From positions 33,356,001 through 33,420,000 of the forward strand of contig OX597831.1 in assembly GCA_951406725.2 (NCBI GenBank): a DNA stretch of 64,000 nucleotides, given 5' to 3'. The notes under the pieces are model-generated. The model made no database searches. It was given only the letters and a program-made list of their open reading frames with translations, and had not been told where the DNA came from. The translations under genes were made by a program, and so were the position numbers. Below, one piece after another: positions 39,179 to 54,134 of this stretch; position 1 is the stretch's first letter, and each line of letters begins with the position of its first letter. Source of the stretch: Octopus vulgaris (Eukaryota).

Positions 39179-42100
39179 TTGTTTGTGTGTCTGTGTTTGT
39201 CCCCCTAGCATTGCTTGACAACTGATGCTGGTGTGTTTACGTCTCCATCACTTAATGGTTCGGCAAAAGAGACTGATAGAATAAGTACTGGGCTTACAAA
39301 GAATAAGACCTGGGGTCGATTTGCTCAACTAAAGGCTGTGCTCCAGCATGGCCACAGTCAAATGGCTGAAACAAGTAAAAGAGATATGTGTGTGTGTAAT
39401 AATTTTTATTTTTCTCTCATCTTTTCATTGCAGTGCTCTGTTGCTGAATTCCATAATTTCTGCATTCCAACCCAGCTACATAGCGAACAGAGCATCCCAG
39501 TTTGTGGAAATGATTAAGAACTGTGAAGAGTCTGGCTTTCCAAAGGTGCGTGTGTGACATACTTGGACCCTAAATAGCTTGTTATCCTCAAATGTGCTTT
39601 TGGTCATTTGCTGTTGTCCAGGTTACAACCATCATGAAACCCACAAATCCCAACCCCTTTTCTTAAAACCTGTGCTTCTTTTAACCCTTTAACATTCAGA
39701 TTACTCTGTCAAATGCAATTGTCTTTTATTCACATTGTTTTAAATTAATCATGCATTATCTTGTAGGGGTCTCCGAAAGGGGTCTCAGGGAGTAGCATCC
39801 CTGCCTTGCTAGTTTTCCACCACATTTCTTAAAAATCGTGGTAGAGTCCTTGGTCTCAGGACCACTCATGTCTAGAAACTGAGGTTGGGGGTAAGCAAGG
39901 GCATGCTACCCATAGAAAATCCAGCTCCAAAAAAGCCTCATGATAGCAAAGGAGATGGGCACCAGCCAGCCCAAAGGTTGGGGTGGGCTGTATCTGCCTA
40001 CCTCAGTTGCTATGGCATTGAAGTAGATCCAGCCACCCCTGTTATTGGGGACAAAACCTGGATTTAAAACACTGGATGATGATGATATCTCATAACTTTG
40101 AAATTCTGGATGAGATTGTTTATTTTTAGAACGACATTATAAGGTAGGTGAAGGCTCGTGGCTTGGTGATTAGGGTATTCGGCTCACAATTGTAAAGCTG
40201 TGAGTTCAATTCTTAGCAGTGTGTCATGTCATTGAGCAAGACATTTTTCACTTTGCTTCAGTTCACTCAGCTGGCAAAAATGAGTTGTACCTGTAATTCT
40301 AATAACCAATCTTGTTACATTCTGTGTCATGCTGAATCTCTCTGAGAACCACATTAAGGATATGGATGTCTGTGGAGTGCTCAGCCACTTGCATGTTAAT
40401 TTCATGAGCAGGCTGTTCCGTTAATCGGATCAACTGGAACCCTTGTCGTAAGTGACGGAGTGCCTGCTACAGAATAAGTGTATGTGAGGTCAGACAAGAC
40501 CAGTTTGAATATAAAACAAGAAGAATATTTGGGCCAGATACGGTCAGTTTAAATGCTAAATGCCACTGGACCAAATGCTTTGTGGTATTTCTAGTTTCTT
40601 GTGCTCAGTGTCCAAATCTTGCCAAGGTCAACTTTGCCTTTCATCCTTCCAGGATCAATGAAAGTACTAATCCAAGGAGAGGTGCTGGCAGAACTGTAAG
40701 AAAATTGTGGTATATATTCCAGGTTTTTGAGTTCAAATCCTGCCATGACCTATTCATGGTAAATTTAATCTGTCACTCAGTTTAACAACAACACTTGGCA
40801 CCTTGGGTGTCCTTTAATGCAATCCACCCTGTTGCAAACTTTTGGGCCTGGGATTTTCAGGAAACCTTCTTCCCTTCTAAACAGTCATGTCCTGACTAAA
40901 AGATGAAAGAATAAGAAAAAAAAAAGGCCCAGGGGATGAAGCCCTCAAGATTTTGTATCTTAAGGGTTGACCAAAAATATGGTAATACTGATGAAATTTT
41001 TTTTCATTTTAAAAAAAAATTATTTATTGACTTTCTTATTTTTCAGCACATGTTATACCGTACCCTTGGAGCCTGCCTCATTCTGGCTGATCCACCTGCC
41101 AACCAACGTTTATCAATACTTAACGATGTGTGGAAAAGTATAATGAAATTGAAACACCCTAGGGTATGTAAATTGTTTTTTTTCTTTTCTTTGATTGTTT
41201 CTATTTCTCCTTCTTTCTGAAATCCTGAAATTGTATAAAGAACACACGCACTCTTTGGTCAGAACATGGATGGGCAGGTCATAAGCTTTCAGGTTTTCAG
41301 TCAACCAGTGGATAAGAGAGCGGTCAGCAGTTTGTAGCCTTGGCTATAACTTAAACTGCATCCAGCCATGGGGCTCTGGCTTAAGTCTTCCAGTGCTTTG
41401 ATGTATATGGAACTATCTCTTTAGCCACTGTTGTTCCTAGGTCCACTCAGGCTCGGAGTAGTAGTGCTTGTCAGGGTCTCAGTTATGGGAGAAATGTTAG
41501 CATGCTGGGCAAAATGTTTTGCAGTGTTTTGTCTGTCTTTACATTCTGAGTTCAATTTTCGCCGAGGTCGACTTTACCTTTCATCTTTTCGGGGTTGATA
41601 AATTAAGTACCAGTTGCATATTGGGGTCGGTCTAATCAATTGGCTCCCTCCCACAAAATTTTGGGCCTTGTGCCTAGAGTAGAAAAGAATTAAGGTGGCG
41701 AGCTGGCAGAAACGTTAGCATGCCGGGTAAAATACTTAGCAGCATTTCGTCTGTCTGGATGAAAGGCCGAGGTCGTCTTTGCCTTTCATCCTTTTGGGGT
41801 CGATTAAATAAGTACCAGTTACGCACTGTGGTCGATATAATCGACTTAATCCGTTTGTCTGTCCTCTTTGTGTTTAGCCCCTTGTAGGTAGTAAAGAAAT
41901 AGGTATTTCGTCTGTCTTTACGTTCTGAGTTTAAATTTCGCCGAGGTTGACTTTGCCTTTCATCCTTTCGGGGTTGATAAATTAAGTACCAGTTGCGTAT
42001 TGGGGTCAGTCTAATCGACTGACCCCCACCTCCACCAAAATTTCAGGCCCTGTGCCTAGAGTAGAAAAGAATTGTCATATCACAGAATTGCCATCAGAAG

Positions 42101-45100
42101 AATGTTGCTGCCAGATACCACAACTGACTCAGGGATGGTGGTGTGTGTGTGTGGGGGGGTGTCTTTCAGCGCTTTAAGCACTTATCTAAGAGAAGGTAAC
42201 TCCATACAAATTGTGCATCCATACAAATTGTGAACAGAATTTGATAGACAGCAACTGTGCAGAAGCTCCGAACCCATTGTGCTAAATATAAATGATGAAA
42301 GCTAGTTCTTTTGGTTGTATTTGTTCATTTTTACGTTCATTTTTCCATGCTAGCATAAGTTAGATGAATTTATGCCTCAACAAATTCAGTCTGACTCGTG
42401 CATGTATAAAAAAGTGAACTTTAAAACAAACGATATATATATATATGTGTGTGTATATGTTCATATAAATTACTGATTCACGACACTATATTGCACCATA
42501 GAATAAGTCTAAAATTTCAGCTGGCATTGTGTGTATAACTTATGTGTTGGTGGAGATCTTAGATTTATTCAATAATACATTATATGTTATAATACTATTT
42601 CAGAATAAAACTATAGGTTTAAGCTGGCACTGCATGTCTAAAACTAAAACTAATTAAATATACTTAAAAATCATAAATGTCTTTGTTTATACATTATATC
42701 TGTGTATATTTTTTTTTTTATTGGAAAGTTTATGATGATTGGGTCTTCAAGTTTTGTCTAACAGCAAACTTTACAGCAAAGACTCTATGTTCAGTATTGA
42801 GTTACTCCTATAAGTAAATGTTCCATTCTTGTTCTTAACCCTTTTGGCTTCAATCCATTTAGAACTACTTTTAATTCTATGATACAAACTCGTCTCTGTT
42901 TTTATAATGATCTTAATTAAAGCCTTTCATAAAAATTTAATGTCAATGACAGTTACTTTAATAAATTCATCATAATTTTCAAATAATTTAAATGAAGATT
43001 GTGTTTCAACAGGATATGATGATGAGGGTTAACTTTTTTGACCCCTTCCCTCTGCACTTCCTGAAACTAAGTTCTGTGATATGAAATCTACCCTGTTTTA
43101 AGGTGCTCTCAATTAAAATCATCCATCAACATGTTATGTTAGTTTATGTTCCAAACACCAGCTGGATAATGACAGTTATTTTGATAAATTCCTTATTTTC
43201 AGAATTAATTGAAAGAAAGACTGTGTCAGCAGAAATATAAGAAATGGGTTAAACTAGCAGCTTTAAAATAATAACCCTAATTTAACATTTTATGTTTTTT
43301 ATTAATTTTAGGACTACATTAGCTGTGCTGAAGTTTGGATAGAGTATGTTGCAAAACATTTTGGGGTTTGTATTATCTTTATATATAAAAGTGAAGTTGT
43401 GTGAGTGTCTGTCACCTATGATTTAGATTCCTAACTACTCCCACATTTTGCGGTGCAGTTTAACCAAAAGCGGGTATCTTATAGTCGCGATTCATATCGC
43501 GCCCTTCTGGGTATTAGTGCGTGTCTACGATGAGTCTACGATTTAAAAAAAAATTTACCATCATTTTTTCCCATTTTTAATGCATTTTTTTGCTATTATA
43601 TAAGGGAAGTAACTCTCTAAAATGCTTATATAGTTATTTCTCTTACAAACCCGAGCAACGCCGGGCGATACTGCTAGTTATTTTATAAATCTGTTATCTA
43701 CTTTTGTTTCTAGGATTTTTAGTTGGTGTCCATTTATAGTGTTACCAGTTTAGTGAGAGGCTGTTCTATGTTGAGAGATGTCGCTCTTCTGCCATCTATC
43801 TGCTAACTGGTTAAAACTCCTGCTGCTCTTCATGTGCAGAGAGCTGCCTCTCGTATTCATATGCACCCAGCCCTGATTAGCTGGAGAATGCCATAGCACA
43901 ACTGCGCTATGACGCAACAACTAAAATAGCTTTCCTGACATGCTACAGATGCAGGTCACTCAGATTTCAAATTATGATGTTTAAAAGTGAAGGCATGGCT
44001 ATGTTGTCGTTTGTTTCACAGCCACATGGTTTCAGGTTCAGTCCCACCTTACAGCATCTTGGGAAAGTGACTTCCACTTAAGCCTTATGAGTGGATTTGG
44101 TAGGTAGAAATTGTGTGTGTGTGTGTCTCCTTGTCTTGACATTGTGACAATTATAATTGAGTGACACCATCATTCAAATGGTATCTTTTATTTTCAATCT
44201 TCTGTGGAAGCATGTCTGGCCATGGGAGTGGGGAAATATTACCTTGCTTGAAAACTGGTGAAGGTTGGTGACAGCAAAAGCATTCAGCCATACAAAATTT
44301 GTCTCAATAAGACTTCATTTGACCCATGCAAGCATAGAATAATGGATGTAAAATCAACGATGATGGTGATGTCATTATTGCTGTTCATATTAACATATAA
44401 TTCTTTGAAGGAATTGCATTTGAGATTTGAAATATTGGATTTGCAATTGAGAATTGAACCCTCAACCTAATGATCATCAGTCCAGCATTCTAACCACTAA
44501 GCCATGCACCTTCACACATTCTAACATGGTATTTGTTTGTTGTTGTTTTGCCTCAGTTTAACCCTGATCTAGCAGACCTGTGATCAAAGGTGTTCCATGT
44601 GTGGGCATCTCATCGTTTTGTATATTAAAGACTACATTATCCACCATGTCCTATTTAAAAGACAAGATGTGATTTTAGGATTGGATATTTGGCATGTTGT
44701 CTAACCAGACAGAGGCTGCCTTGGCACATAAAAAGCACCCACTACACTCTCAGAGTGGTTGGCATTAGGGAGGGCATCCAGCTGTAGAAACTCTGCCAGA
44801 TCAAGACTGGAGCCTGGTGCAGCCATCTGGTTGCCAGCCCTCAGTCAAAACCGTCCAACCCATGCTAGCATGGAAAACGGACGTTAAACGATGATGATGA
44901 TGATGTATGTGCGATGCTTTGTTGCAGTCTGAGCAGGTTTTTATTATTCATTTTATTAATACTTTCAGAAACGTGAAATCAATACTGTGTTAAGTGATAT
45001 CAGCAAACACATGTCCCCAGATCGGGCGTATGAAGACTATTATCCTCAACTTCAGTCAGTCGTCTCTAAAGTTTTGATTCACTTTCATAACTTTTCTGTA

Positions 45101-47199
45101 CTTTTTGGACTGGTAAGTTTTTCTCACTGCTTTGACTTATTTCTCTTAGCTCACTTTTTTTCTTTTCTTTAAATTAAATAAATTACTGAGGCCATAACTC
45201 TTTTCTCCCGTATTTTGTACATGTCCTTTTTGAGGGCTACATGTGGGACCTTTTTCTCACTAAAGGGATTTTTTTTCTTTTTACTCCTACTGTTTAATGT
45301 TATTAAGCTAGCAGAGTTGTTAGAACAAATAGACATATTAAACATCACAAAGCATGCTAAGTTCAAATTCTGCCATGGTTGACTTAGCTTTTCATCCTTT
45401 CAGGGTCAATGAAATAAAGTATCAGTTGAGCACTGGGGTTGATATAATCAACTAGTCCCCTCTCCCTTCATAATTTCAGGTCTTGTGCTCCTAATAGAAA
45501 GGATTATTTGTAGCATGTTAAAGACTAACTGAAACACTTGCTCACCCAGGTAGGGATAGACACCATGGTATGGGAGAGGGTCACAACACTGACGGAGATG
45601 TGGTGGGGTTGCATCCAGACTGCTGCAAGTAATTGTGAGAAAGCCTGAGCCACTGCAGTGGATAAGAAATACCAAAGAAGGGAAGTCATTGTCAGGACCC
45701 CAATCTGACCAAAGCCTATTTGCCCCAACTGCACCAGACCCTGTCATTCAACGATCGGTTTACAGAGCCACTTAAGGGCTTGCCACTCTTTCTCATGATC
45801 TTCAGACTTGAAGAACTGGCATTACATCATCATTTGCTTTGAGTTTATCATTTAAAACAAATTATCTCAGGTCTTTTGTAGTTCCTAAATTCTTATGAAG
45901 TAAACAACTTTGTATTATATAATTATCTGACTGTCTTCTTTTTGAATCACATGGTATTGAAAGGCTAATGAACATAACAATATTTCCATTTATCTTCCAG
46001 GATAAATTTTTGCCATTTCTCGACATGTTCCAGCGTGAGTCAGTGAAGGTAGAAGCATGCAAATCTATAATGGAAGCTTTTATTAAGTTAGTATTTGTTG
46101 TTATCTTTCAGATTGTTGTTTTGTTGTATTTTAGTAGGAAGAGGTTTGAAGAATCGGTAGAGCATATCCATCTTAATGCCTCAGTGTTTAAATACATGTT
46201 TTTTTTTTATACTAACCCTCACCTTATCACTCCTTCATCTCTCTCTCTGTCTTTATATATATAAATATATATATGCCAGCACCACCTTGACTGGCTTCTG
46301 TGCCGATGGCACGTAAAAAGCACCAACCGATCATGGCCGTTGCCAGCCTCCCCTGGCACCTGAGCCAGTGGCACGTAAAAAGCACCCACTACACTCACGG
46401 AGTGGTTGGTGTTAGGAAGGGCATCCAGCTGTAGAAACACTGCCAGATCAGACTGGAGCCTGGTGCAGCCTCCTGGCTTCCCACACCCCGGTCGAACCGT
46501 CCAACCCATGCTAGCATGGAAAATGTACGTTAAACGATGATGATAATATATGTATATATATATATATATATAATCATAACCATCACTGCACCAAGCTCTA
46601 TTGTCTGCTTTGACATGGTTTCTATGGCTTGATGCCCTTCCTAATGTCAACCACTTTATAGGCTATACAAGGTACTTTTTACCTAATGTATAGTGTGGGT
46701 GAGTGGGTGGAGTTGCAGACATAGGTGTGTTGATAAGAAGTTTGCTTTACAAGCATTGTCTTTGAGTTTAGTTACATTGTGTGGCACCTTCTACATTTCT
46801 GGGCCAATTAAAGCCTTGTGAATGGATTTGGTCAGTAGAAAGTGAAAGAAGCACATTATGCTTGTGTGTGAGGGTATATATATATATCTGTATGTGTGTG
46901 TGTGTATCATCATCATCATCATCGTTTAAACGTCCGTTTTCCGCGCTAGCACGGGTTGGACGGTTCGACCGGGGTCTGGGAAGCCAGGGGCCGCTCCAGG
47001 CTCCAGTCTGATTCTGGCAGAGTTTCTACGGCTGGATGCCCTTCCTAACGCCAACCACTCCGTGAGTGGATTGGGTGCTTTTTACGTGCCACCTGCACAG
47101 GGGCCGGGGGGTCCGGCATCGGTCACGATCGGTTATATTTTTAAACACATACGCATGTATGTGTATATATATATATATATATAAACACATACGCATGTA

Positions 47200-47233
<34 letters not shown>

Positions 47234-50200
47234 ATATACACACACACAAGTCTGATGAGTTGCCTATGTAGCTAAGAGCTTTATAGGTATGAAACAACCA
47301 GCCATAACAACCAGCCTTATATATATAGGTACTGGGGAGCGATTTTCTTCACTACTTCAGGGAGTGACGACCCTGCCTGACACGAATCCAGGGCTCGGCT
47401 GGCTCTGGCTGACAGTACCCGGTATGGGCCCCTATCCAGGGTTACGGAAAGGAGACAACCTTCAAAGAAATCCGGAGTGGAGCCCCGTAGGCGGTTTAAT
47501 GTTCGACTCGACACTCTTCCGGCAGCTCCTGCAACCAAGCTGGTGCCAAAGGTAATGCTCTGCACTCGTTTGGACTACATCAGCAAGGTTGAGAGAGGAA
47601 TCCTGATGATTGGGCTACCCAGGATTTTTATACATCTAGCCCAGGCCTGCGCAAAACTAAAGAGGAAACTAGAGAGGACATGAAATGTAAAAACCAGATT
47701 GGATTAGTTTATGCGCAACTCCATTGTCTCCCGAGACAAAAGGATGCCAACAATATGTGTGTGTGTGAATGAATGAGTCTTTCATCTTGATAATAAATAT
47801 TAATTGTAAATAAATTTCACTGTTCATTTGTTGGTAATTTCCAGTGAAAACTTGCCCAGACTTGGGGGAAAATATTAGCTTGTTTGGAAACAACTGGTGA
47901 CAAACAGGAGCATCGAGCCTTTGTGAATCTTCCTCAATGAATCTTCTCTGGAAAAGTAGACGTCAACCCTTTAGCGTTCAGATTAATTTGTCAAAAGTAA
48001 TCCTTATTTATTCACATTTAAAAAAATTTATCTGATATTATTTTGTACCTTCAAGATAGGAAAGATGTAATTGCTTATTTTTGGAGTGACATTGCAGGGA
48101 AGGTGTGAGATGCATGTTCTGGACAGTTTGAGCATAAAATATGTAGAATATTTGGGCCGGATACAGCTGGTTTAAACACTAAAGGGTTAAAGCAAAGATG
48201 GTGACACATATCTTCCATTGTGTTGCTGCTTCTTTCTCACCTCTATGTCTTTCTCTCTCTATTTCTTGTCTCACAATTCCTGTCTGTCTCACTCACCCAT
48301 TCAGTCTCACCTCTATCTCTGCAGGTACCAAACAGAACCCACTGATGACCCTGTTATTATCAACACCATGATGTTTCTTTGTAAAGTAGCCCATGACTCT
48401 GTCAAGTAAGTAGTTTTCAAAATATTTGAAACAAACAGGAAAATTAGGAAAGTTGAAAGTGGGTTTAATTACCCTTCGTTAAAGTAATTGAGTTTGATTG
48501 CCTTTCATTAAGATAACTGGATTTGTTTGCTCTTAACATGATTGCTCAATTTCCTTTCATTAATATAACTGGGTTTGATTGCTCCTTTGTTAATATAACT
48601 GGGTTTGAGTTCTAATCCTGCCGTGAGCAACTTTTTCATCCTCTCAGGGTCAATTAAAACAAATAAGCAGTAACCAACCCTTTTAAGTAGACTGGTACAA
48701 CTGTAAAGATATTGAACTGAATGCCTGGTGGTGTTTGTTCAAGCTCTTTGAGTTCAAATCCCACCACAGCTTACCTGAGTGGTAGACTTAACCCTCAGCC
48801 TGGTTTGACACAATCACCTGACAACTTGGATGCCTTTAGTGGGGTTCTCTCTGTTGCAAACATTCAAACCAGGTCACCTATCTGATGACATCTTGCTCCC
48901 CAAGTCTTGGAGGCCCTGTAAGGGGTCATGGCTATCACCTTTTGTCTCCACTAAAACAATGCTACCCTTTTTTTTTTGTTTTTACCTTTATTCTCCTGCT
49001 CATTATCTACTTTTTACCATCCATAATTACTCCATTTCTCTCTTTTTCTCTTTCTTCAGTGCTTTGACTCTTGAAGATGAGAAGAGGTTAATTAGTAATT
49101 TGATAATTGGTTTCCTGCGGAAGGTCACATTTGGCCAAGATTTTGAGCAGCAACTCAGCTTTTTCGTTGAGGCCCGTGCCACTTTCAGCAACCTGGACCC
49201 AGTCCTTGTGGCTCTCATTCATGTAAGTATCTCAAGTTATGCAGTTATTTAACCATTGATCAGTTGCTATTGAGATTTCTTAGCGTGTCTAGAATTGCAG
49301 TGGCCAATAGCTGATTGGTTAGAAGTTAGACCACATGGTCCTCAGTTCCAACCACTTCACAACAGTTTACTTGACTGTGAAGTGGTCGCTGATAACACAA
49401 CCAGCTACAGAATTTCTTCAACAAGGAATAGATGAATAGAGAAACATCTCTACCCATGCAATCATGAAAAGCTGGATATGAAATGGGTCACTTATTTGCA
49501 CATACAGGGATGTGAATTAGATCGCACATTTGCATACATGGGAATGCAAAGGTATCAGATTAGAGCCTGGTGTGGTCTCCTGGCTTACCAGTACCCGGTC
49601 AAACCATCCATCCCATGCCAGCATGGAAAACGGACAGACGATGGTGATAATGGGTGTGTGCAAATGTGTGATGTAGGTATGGTTAAGTTCAGATTCAGTC
49701 CTCCATGTGGCACCTTTGGCACATGTCTTCTACTATAGCCTCATGTTGACCAAGTCCTTGTGAGTGGATTTGGTTGACAGAAACAGAAACAAACCCATCT
49801 TGTGTTTGTTTGTGTCTTTGTGTTTGTTTTATGTGTGTCTTGACATCTCTGGATAGTTATAAATGAGTGTCACCCTCATACAAGCAGACACCTTCCTTTC
49901 CAATCTTCCCCGAAAACATGTATGGACATGTGGAAATATTACCTTACTTGGAAACTGGTAAGGATTGGATGACAGCCATGGAAAATCTGCCTCAATGAAT
50001 TTTGTTTGACCCATGCAAGTGTGGAAAAGTGAATATTAAAATGATCATGATGGTACTGATTTGCCCTTTCCACTGATATAGTGAGCCTTTTGAAAGCATG
50101 AATGACTCAACATCACAGTCTGTAACAAATCTTTTTTCATTTTGTGCAGTTAACCAAAAAGGCATAAATGAAAAGCAATATTTTGAAATATTGATATGTG

Positions 50201-53200
50201 TATGTATAAGATGAGAATGTTTCCAACTATCTTCATCTTCAGAGTTGTAAAAAGTTTTCTTGTATTAATTAGCTTTGTCTCTGATATTGAAACCGATCAA
50301 AATTTAAAAAAAAGATATTTAGTCTTCAAATTTAAAAAAGCTTATGTTAACAACTCTTTACTGCATCAAAATCAAACCAAATCAAAATAGATGAACATCA
50401 ATGGAATTTGTATCTTTGTGGTACCAGTGTCGGTGGCACATAAGAAAACCATCCGAACGTGGCCGTAGCCAGTACCGCATCGACTGGCCTCCGTGCTGTG
50501 GGCACGTAACAAACACCATCCGATCGTGGCCGTTCGCCAGCCTCGTCTGGCACCTGTGTCGGTGGCACAAAAAAAAAACACCATCCAAGCGTGGCCGTTC
50601 GCCAGCCTCGTCTGGCACCTGTGTCGGTGGCACATAAAAAACACCATCCGAGCGTGGCCGTCTGCCAGCCTCGTCTGGCACCTGTGTCGGTGGCACATAA
50701 AAAACACCATCCGAGCGTGGCCGTTCGCCAGCCTCGTCTGGCACTTGTGTCGGTGGCTCATAAAATCACCCACTACACTCTCGGAGTGGTTGGCGTTAGG
50801 AAGGGCATCCAGCTATAGAAACACTGCCAGATCTGACTGGCCTGGTGCAGCCTTCAGGCTCCCCAGACCCCAGTTGAACCGTCCAACCCATGCTAGCATA
50901 GAAAGTGGACGTTAAACGATGATGATGATGATCACTAGCAATGAAAAATGGAGCCTTTTTATGTATTAATCAGCTTCATCTCTGATATATTGAACCCGGA
51001 ACCATGTGGTTGGGAAGCAAGCTTCCTACCACACAGCCACATTTCCTCAAGTGGTGGTACCCTAGCATGACCACACCCTTTGGGCTGGAACATATAAAGG
51101 AATAATATCTCCATATTTATTTTGGTGAGTTGATGACAGGACATTCATATTACTCAACCTGCTAGAAACAGCAGCCAAGATTCAGTAATTTCTACTGTCA
51201 AGGCATTGATAGGCTTGTGGAATGTTGGCAAGAAGTTATGAACAATGAAGGGGAATATATTTTTGACTCATTGGTTAAAATTGTTGATAAAAAATTGGGA
51301 TTAAAATTAAATGGGGGCGGGGAACAAAAAGAGAATGCAAATTTATCTGATAACCCAATACATGCACTCACAGAGACCTACTCATACAGATTTATAGAAT
51401 TACCATGCATCCCTGTTAACTGCACTGGATTAACCGTTAAACAAAATAAGCACGTGCTTAGGACATCAAAGGCTGGGGAAGCATCACTGAAATGGTAAAT
51501 GGTTCACAGCACAAAAGAAAATGGTATTAACCCTTTAGCATTCAAACCGGCCATATCCGGCCAGAATATTTAACCTGTTTTATATTGAAACTGACCAGAG
51601 CTTGTATCTTACTTCTGCCCTACCATGTCATTCTAAAACTAAAAAAACCACATTACTGAAATCTCTAAACTACAAGATAATACATCATTAATTCAAAACA
51701 ATATAAATAAACAAACATCACATTTGAGAGAATAATCTGGACACTAAAGGGTTAAACTTGCTAAAATAATATTTGAAGCAGTTTCTGACCAGGAATATGA
51801 TTTCGAAGTGTTCATGTGATCAAAGACTTTGCAATTAAAAAAAAAGCAGAAAACTTTTCAAATATAAAGTGGGAGCATACGAAAATAAACATTATTTCCC
51901 ATCTTATTATTAGTTTTGAAAAATAAAAATTTATATATTTTATGGTTTATTATTGTTTATATTTTGAATTACATATGTATGGGGGCACTGAAATTTTTTA
52001 ACTGCTTAGGGTCTCTATAGGCCTTAATCCGACCCTGCCTATTAGCAATGGATCAAACACTTTTACGCCCCGTTTCCTTGTCCCTCTCATTTGCCCTATT
52101 CTCTCTTTCCCTTTCTCCTTCTTGTATCTCTTCTTCTCTTGTCTCATATAATTATCATATCATTAACATTAGGTAGCAAGTTAGCAGTCATTTGCACACT
52201 GGATAAAAATGCTTCATGGCATTTCTTCTGGTTTCGTGTTTTGGGTTCAAATACTTATTTCTCTATTACCCACAAGGGGTTAAACACAGAGGGGACAAAC
52301 AAGGACAGACATAGTTATTAAATCGATTATATCAACTCCAGTGCGTAACTGGTACTTATTTAATCGACCCTGAAAGGATGAAAGGCAAAGTCGACCTCGG
52401 CGGAATTTGAACTCAGAACGTAACAACAGACGAAATATGGCTACGCATTTCGCCCGGCATGCTAACGTTTCTGCCAGCTCGCCGTCTTGGGTTCAAATAC
52501 TGCTGAGGTTGACTTTGTCTTTCATCTTTTCAGTTGTTGATTAAATAAGAACCAGTTAAGCCCTGGAGGCAATATAATTGACTCACTCCCTCTCCCAAAA
52601 ATTTCAGGCTTTGTGCTTTAGTAGAAAAGATTGTAAAATGATTAACATATACATTATTTCTGTCTGCAGTCTGTGAACCAGCTTGCTATGTCCACACACA
52701 AGATTGTCAAAGGGAAACACACAAAAAAGACTGCTGCTTTTGTGAAGGTAAGGAACCTTTAAGGTTGATATTTGTCTCCTGCTAAATTCTAGTTTCTGCA
52801 GCAAGACCCCTGTTTCTATTCTTCTATCATACTGTAACCTCTCATCACCAGGCCACCTCCTTCAGTACCACCCCTATCTCAAAGGATCTTTTTGTCAGTG
52901 CTGGTGCCCCATAAAAAAAAAACACTCCGTCCACTCTGTAAGGTGGTTGGCATTAGGAAGGGCATCCAGCCATAGAAACCATGTCAAAACAGATAGTGGA
53001 GCTTGATGTAATAATAATAATAATAATAATTGTGTACAGTGCTCAGGTGCACTACAACTCATCTAAAGTGTATATATAATCAGGTGTAGTTTCGGCAGAT
53101 TTCGGAAAGCATGAGGGCCTTAAAGCATGTACTCCCGAGGCACCAGATCTTGTCAAAACTGTCCAACCCATACCAGCATGGATAAAGGATGATGGAAGAG

Positions 53201-54103
53201 ACACTCGCAGATTTTGGTGCTTCCAATAAATTTTGAAAGCATAAATGCAAATATGGCTGTGTGTGTGTGAACTATTACACTAATGTAGTGAACCATTTGA
53301 AACTATGAATGGCTTGACATCACACTGTGTAACAGATCTTTTTCATTTTGTGTACTTAACCAAAAAAGGCATGAATGAAAAATGATAGCTTAAAATATTG
53401 ATGTATGTATAAGATTACAAATGCTTCCAACTATTATCATCATCATCGTCATCATCAGAGTTTTAAAAAAGTTTTCTTATATTTACATGTATTAATCAGC
53501 TTCAACTCTGATATTGAGACCAATCAAAATTTAAAAAAAAATATTTTGTCTTCAAATTTAAAAAAAGCTTTTCGCATTAACATCAAAAGTAACTCTTCAT
53601 TGCATCATCACTAGTGATGAAAAATGGTGCCTTTATGTCAACATGAAGCAGCAGAAAGAACAGCATGGTTACTTACCATTCTGTATTTTTTTTTCTTCAA
53701 TTCCAGGCTTGTGCTGCATATTGCTTCATCACAATTCCATCACTAAGGTTCACATATAGTCAGTTGAGCCTGTACTTAGTTTCTGGACAAGTGGCACTCT
53801 TAAACCAATGTCTTGGTCAAGGTTGGTCACTCACTGCTTTCTTTTTTTTTTTTTTTATTTAATCCTTTTTTTTGTTGTTGATTTTATATTTTATTTTTGT
53901 TTTCCTGTTATTTTAATTGGATTGAATTAAATCAAAGGAGATAAGCAAACATTAAGGTGATAACTGTTCTGATACCTTCAGTCTTTAGTGTCTTTTATGT
54001 ATGGTTTCATGGACATCTTTGAGGAGTTGTGCAGTTGCTTAGGGGTATATATGGTTCTGTATGCAGTTTTGTGTGTATATATGTAGTTTTGTGTACATTT
54101 ATG

Positions 54104-54134
<31 letters not shown>

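Noticed and set aside
50493-50915. ORFs with repeated [14 protein letters not shown] units; possible HDV-like ribozyme in the 54-bp unit
   Set aside because: SINE-internal tandem repeat; I could not assign P1/P1.1/P2 pairings for an HDV fold.
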